Made by a program: the position numbers and the translations under genes
Shown here: positions 60,059-64,000 of the stretch, piece after piece
Layout: every line of letters starts with the position of its first letter
How positions within the stretch are numbered: the stretch's first letter is position 1
Assembly: GCA_043826355.1 (NCBI GenBank)
Contig: JBDRQI010000036.1
Location: 54,643-118,642, forward strand
Reading direction: 5' to 3'
Origin: Candidatus Omnitrophota bacterium
GTDB taxonomy: Bacteria; Ratteibacteria; UBA8468; MWAK01
DNA: 64,000 nt
Notes under the pieces: model-generated
The model's database searches: none
Told to the model about the DNA's origin: nothing
The model's input: the letters and a program-made list of their open reading frames with translations, nothing else

Positions 60059-60736
60059 TTATGTTAACGCTAATAATAACTCATTAGGTACCTGGTTCAT
60101 CTTTCCCAGAATCACCCAACGCAGCAATCTGGTCTCATTCATTCTGGCAAAATAATAACTAATAATCGGTTCCGGCCCGAAAGTAACGTACTTTGCGGCC
60201 GCCAGAAAATCGGCGATAAATCCGGTTTTCAACTTCTCAAACAAAAGCCAGGAATTTTCTGCCTGTTTCTGTTTTGCTTCGCCGGCCGGCCGCGCAACCC
60301 GTCCGTAATCCGTCGGAAAGAAACTCGCGGTCTTATCTTTAAGGTTCAACCTCAGGGAATCGGATAATTCCTTCAGGTTTTCCATATGCCGGAGAAGACC
60401 GCGGAGAAATTCGAGATTAACCTTGTCAACCTTTATTTGAACCGTCTCCGGGTTATCCGACAAACTAAACAAGGCGCTGTTTAATTCTTCATCGTCCAGG
60501 AGCCGGGCAACTATTTCCCGGGACCGAAACGTCCGTTCCTTTAATAACAGTTCTAAATCCTGAGAATTCTTAATTTTCTTTATCGCCTCTTCGCGCGCGG
60601 CTTCGGATAATATGTTCAACGCTTCGGTTAAAGAGCCGGCGGCAATGGCGCTGCAAAAAATTGCCGGGGGGATAAGTCCGGTCTCAAGCGCGCGCACCCG
60701 GCCAACCGCATAAGCATAATCTTCCCTATTTTTCAT
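60059..60736 (-). CDS. ntpC: V/A-type ATPase subunit C (short)
   Basis: YAYAVGRVRALE, FGPEPIISY..NETRLLRWVILGK; operon position; start ATG 60736. Confidence 0.8.
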   Translation of the reverse strand: MKNREDYAYAVGRVRALETGLIPPAIFCSAIAAGSLTEALNILSEAAREEAIKKIKNSQDLELLLKERTFRSREIVARLLDDEELNSALFSLSDNPETVQIKVDKVNLEFLRGLLRHMENLKELSDSLRLNLKDKTASFFPTDYGRVARPAGEAKQKQAENSWLLFEKLKTGFIADFLAAAKYVTFGPEPIISYYFARMNETRLLRWVILGKMNQVPNELLLALT

Positions 60737-61160
60737 CGGTCCCGGAAGCAATTCCTTCAAATAAGATGCCGGCCACCGCGGCTTCATATTCGGGACGCCG
60801 GAGTTTCAGATAAATTTCAGGCTCAAGCGCCTCTTTCTTCTCTCCCTCAAACGAAATTACTATCTTGTTGATTACGTCCTTTACCTTAACTTTCCGGTCG
60901 GAAAAAACCTGGTTCAGCATTTTTTGCCGGACGACCAGAATTGCTTTTTTTGATTCCAGCCGGGCCAGGCTTATGATGCGCCGCGCCTCCTGGTTGCTTA
61001 AATCCCGCCGGGTCCGCACTATTTGCCCGGCCATCTCCTGCGCCCTGACTTCAGCCTCTTTTTTAATCCGCTGGGCAACCTCTCTCCCTTGAGTCAGGAT
61101 ACCCCCGGCTTTCTCCTCCGCCTCAACTAAAATCTTTTTAATTATATCTTCTACGGCCAT
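60726..61160 (-). CDS. ntpE: V/A-type ATPase subunit E (short)
   Basis: EDIIKKILVEAEEKA coiled coil, IISLARLE, C-terminal VAGILF. Confidence 0.78.
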   Translation of the reverse strand: MAVEDIIKKILVEAEEKAGGILTQGREVAQRIKKEAEVRAQEMAGQIVRTRRDLSNQEARRIISLARLESKKAILVVRQKMLNQVFSDRKVKVKDVINKIVISFEGEKKEALEPEIYLKLRRPEYEAAVAGILFEGIASGTDEK

Positions 61161-61637
61161 TTATCCCACCTTAATTCCGTTAAGCAGTAAGATTGTAATC
61201 AGCAAACCTAAAACCGCGTAAGTCTCCACCAACGCAGCCAAAATTAGGGGCTTTATAAAATCCTTGGGTTGTTTTGCCACCATCATTACCCCGGCCGCAC
61301 AGACCTTACCCTGGTGCACGCCGGAAATAAAACCGGCAACTGCTATCGGAAGGCAAGCGCCGAAGATGGCCAGACCCTGGTGCACGGTAACCGGCGAAAC
61401 GCTACCGCCCAGGAGCCCCAACTTGAGGATTACCAGAAAAGCGGATAAAAATCCATAGATGCCTTGCGTGCCCGGCAGAGCCACCAATAAGAGCAATGTT
61501 CCAAACTTGTCCGGGTGTTCGCTCAACACTCCGCAAGAAGCCTGTCCGGCTAAACCGACCCCGATGCTTGAGCCGCCTCCAGCCAAAAACGCCGCTGCGG
61601 CCGCGCCCAAAACTCCAAAAGCCAATCCCCATTCCAT
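61161..61637 (-). CDS. ntpK: V/A-type ATPase subunit K (4-TM proteolipid, Na+ signature)
   Basis: LPGTQGIYGF, SGVHQGKV, LVETYAVL; GGAGGG RBS. Confidence 0.93.
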   Translation of the reverse strand: MEWGLAFGVLGAAAAAFLAGGGSSIGVGLAGQASCGVLSEHPDKFGTLLLLVALPGTQGIYGFLSAFLVILKLGLLGGSVSPVTVHQGLAIFGACLPIAVAGFISGVHQGKVCAAGVMMVAKQPKDFIKPLILAALVETYAVLGLLITILLLNGIKVG

Positions 61638-61691
61638 GTTTACGCCCTCCCGTTTACGAAAGTATTGCCAAGAATCAACTACAAAACCCTG

Positions 61692-61827
61692 CCACGGAAA
61701 CCCTGAAAAAAGATTTAATGGTTTGTTTACAGCGGCAAAGCGAAGCTTTGCCCAAACCTGTTTAGCAGAGCTATTGCTCTGCGGCTACAGAATTATCCCG
61801 TGTCTCGGTTCTTCCGCGCTTCCGTGG
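61692..61827. repeat. Inverted pair of 8-nt-period repeats with internal hairpins inside the ATPase operon
   Basis: CCACGGAA (61692) and TTCCGTGG (61820-61827); right arm on the - strand CCACGGAA GCGCGGAA GAACCGAG ACACGGGA; inner GGCAAAGC..GCTTTGCC and GCAGAGC..GCTCTGC. Confidence 0.5.
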
Positions 61828-61873
61828 TATTCTTTCTTCTGGTTTTCCTGGAATTTTCAACAACACTGTTCCA

Positions 61874-63787
61874 TTAAGAATATATTTTTTCTTTTTTGAA
61901 AGGTATAAACGGCCGCCCGCCTTCTACAAAGAATTTGCCAAAAAATTCGATGTATTGCAAGCGCGCCGAGTGCACAAATCCGCTTAGGATATTAATAGCC
62001 AGATTAGCTAAATGCCCGAAAATAAAAATAGCTACCATCACAATACCTCCTACCAGGGGAATGTTCCATGCCTGGCGGCTCAGGGTATTGATTACCATGG
62101 CGATCACGGAAGTGGAAAGCCCCAGAGCCAGGAGGCGGGAGTAAGATATTACTTCGGAAAAATATTTGGTAATATCGTAAAGGCTGTACAATCCCGCCGC
62201 CAGCCGCGCCAGGATATTCTTAATTCGGCGCTGACTGAATAAAATAATCGAACCGGCAGTAATAAAAACAACATTTTTCGCCCAGGGCAACTTCATAAAT
62301 ATCAAAACTAACGAGGGCAGAAGCAAGATCCAGGCCAATCTCACCAAAAAAGCGTCTGCAAACTGTTTTTGCTTTATATTCTGAACCATCTTAATCAGCA
62401 AACCGAACTCAATTTGCGCAAAACCCAGGCCCAGGGCGATTATCAAAAATATTAAGGGGTTTTTCAACGGGTCAAAAAGCATCAGTTGTTTGACCGGCAC
62501 ACCCAAAAATCCTCCCAAAAAACTGCCCAGGATAACGGTCGAAATTCCGCACAGGAGAACCAAATTTAAAATCTTTTTTGCCGGCTTGGCCAATTTTAAT
62601 CTCCTCAGAAAAATTAGCGCGGTAATTACCATAATCAGTCCGTAGCCCGCATCCGTAAGGCAGAGGCCGAAAAAAATAAAGAAAAAAGGAGCTAAAAATG
62701 GTGTGGGGTCAACGGCATACCTCGCCGGCAATCCGTAAAGAGAGGTTATTACCTCAAAGGGCTCAACATACGGCTTATTTTCCAAATCTACCGGCGTATC
62801 TTCGGAAGAGAGCGCTTCCCGGCTGAATATCGCCAGCGCGGAAAATTTCTGCAGCCGGGTTTCCAAATCCGCCAATTGGTCGGCTCTAACCCAACCTTCC
62901 ATCAGAAAAGCCTGGCCCGTTGAACCCAACCGGGGAACAGCAAGCAGGCGGCTGCGCAGATTAAAGAAATAATCATATAAGCCCATCAGTAAAATTCGCT
63001 GCGGAATCAAGGCAATAATTTTTTCGGTTACCTTATCTGATTCTAATTTCAAACGCTCATTTTTTTCTTGAAGTAAAATCAGGCCCTGTTTAACTGTGAG
63101 GCGCATCAAGTCTTCATTTTTGATTGATTCCGGCAAAATAAAAAAATGAAAATTATGCCGGCGCATTATCTGCTCAACCTCTTCCTGATGCTTAATTAGA
63201 GAGATAACTACTAAATAACGCTGTTGCTTTACCCGGTTTACCGGTTCCAAAAAGAGCGGGATATTCTTACTTTCAATCTCCCGGAGGAATCCGGTATAAT
63301 CAAGCTGGTTGACGGTCCCTAAAAAAAGGCGGGTATGCGCACTACCGGACAGGTCCTGAACGAGCAGGTCAAGTTTACCCCAGGGCTGGAGCGATTCAAA
63401 ATCGGCCCTTAGCCTCTTTGCCTGGTTTTCCAACTGCTTTATCTCTGCTTCCTTTTCTTTAATTTCAGCTAAAATCGGTTGATAGGTGTTGGTTTCAACA
63501 GCCGCCTCAATTTCAGCCGGTTTAACAATTGGACGTACCTTAAGGAATGATTTAAGGAAAGATGTTTTTGGCGCGGCATAAAGACCGAGCCGGTCAATCG
63601 CCTCTTTTAAAGAACGCAGGCGGTTATCCAGGTCCGCCAATTTTTCAGCCGGCGGCTGTTCCGGGAGCAGGACTTCAGACGCCCTGGTAACCTCTACCAA
63701 TCCGGCATCCTGCAGGCAAGCCAGGACCTTTTCCTGGTCGTTCTTATGCCCTAAAATCTGAATTTTCTTAATCTGAGCAATCGCCAT
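61874..63787 (-). CDS. ntpI: V/A-type ATPase subunit I (a)
   Basis: MEGWV, PFEVITSLYGLP..DPTPF, TDAGYG, SYSRLLALGLS, GH..N..GFVHSARLQYIEFFGKF. Confidence 0.93.
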   Translation of the reverse strand: MAIAQIKKIQILGHKNDQEKVLACLQDAGLVEVTRASEVLLPEQPPAEKLADLDNRLRSLKEAIDRLGLYAAPKTSFLKSFLKVRPIVKPAEIEAAVETNTYQPILAEIKEKEAEIKQLENQAKRLRADFESLQPWGKLDLLVQDLSGSAHTRLFLGTVNQLDYTGFLREIESKNIPLFLEPVNRVKQQRYLVVISLIKHQEEVEQIMRRHNFHFFILPESIKNEDLMRLTVKQGLILLQEKNERLKLESDKVTEKIIALIPQRILLMGLYDYFFNLRSRLLAVPRLGSTGQAFLMEGWVRADQLADLETRLQKFSALAIFSREALSSEDTPVDLENKPYVEPFEVITSLYGLPARYAVDPTPFLAPFFFIFFGLCLTDAGYGLIMVITALIFLRRLKLAKPAKKILNLVLLCGISTVILGSFLGGFLGVPVKQLMLFDPLKNPLIFLIIALGLGFAQIEFGLLIKMVQNIKQKQFADAFLVRLAWILLLPSLVLIFMKLPWAKNVVFITAGSIILFSQRRIKNILARLAAGLYSLYDITKYFSEVISYSRLLALGLSTSVIAMVINTLSRQAWNIPLVGGIVMVAIFIFGHLANLAINILSGFVHSARLQYIEFFGKFFVEGGRPFIPFKKEKIYS

Positions 63788-63794
63788 ATTAGGG

Positions 63795-64000
63795 GGGTTG
63801 CTAAATAATAAAAATGTCTGTTTGGAGTCCCGGATTTGAGGTTAGTGCCAGGCGCGATAAAATCTGTGTGCCCGCTGCGGCACACAGACAAGGAGCAACG
63901 CCGCAATAACCCAAAGACGGGACTCCCCAAAAGGCCAGGTGCTTTTGGACTGCGACTCGCCTGGGCGTCGCCTGAGACTTCGGCGCACTCTGACGAGGCG
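63795..64000. mobile_element. Second, diverged copy of the 37108-37378 MITE in opposite orientation (runs off the window)
   Basis: GGGTTGCTAAATAAT end, GGAGTCCCG.ATTTGAGGT, and GGGACTCCCC.AAAGGCCAGGTGCTTTTGG.CTGCGACT match the reverse complement of copy 1. Confidence 0.75.

Overview
Gene-dense bacterial window from a probably anaerobic, diderm organism (LptF/G, OmpA-type lipoprotein, rubrerythrin, many Fe-S enzymes). 0-13.5 kb: a 17-gene group 4 (Mbh/4g-like) energy-converting [NiFe]-hydrogenase operon. It is headed by an AsrA/AsrB (sulfhydrogenase beta/gamma, Flx-like) NAD(P)H module and carries three large antiporter-like subunits plus MrpB/C/E/F/G-type subunits. 14.7-20.6 kb: rnfCDGEAB with divergent apbE. 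22.4-30.7 kb: hypABFCDE and nfnAB. 30.8-40 kb: an unannotated 29-aa lipoprotein, a stand-alone GMP-synthase-ATPPase-like gene, PspC/LiaF-like genes, rubrerythrin, trpS, hisC, cdaA with a 53-aa CdaR-like anchor, pdxJ and an N-terminally short ClpB. 40-49 kb: an arabinoside catabolic cluster (srlD-like SDR, xylose-isomerase-family enzyme, araB, DTE-family epimerase, GH51, GH127, araD) with no araA. 49-56 kb: argC, aroE, an MFS transporter, lptF/lptG split by a GxxExxY pseudogene cassette, and an AbrB/RelE-type TA pair. 56-64 kb: a Na+-type V/A-ATPase operon. Many intergenic gaps contain short palindromic repeats from several families. These nest inside one another, supply stop codons, and are inserted in frame into HypF, HypD, NfnB and RnfC. 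No rRNA, tRNA or CRISPR array was recognised. All calls come from motif recognition by eye, without database searches.
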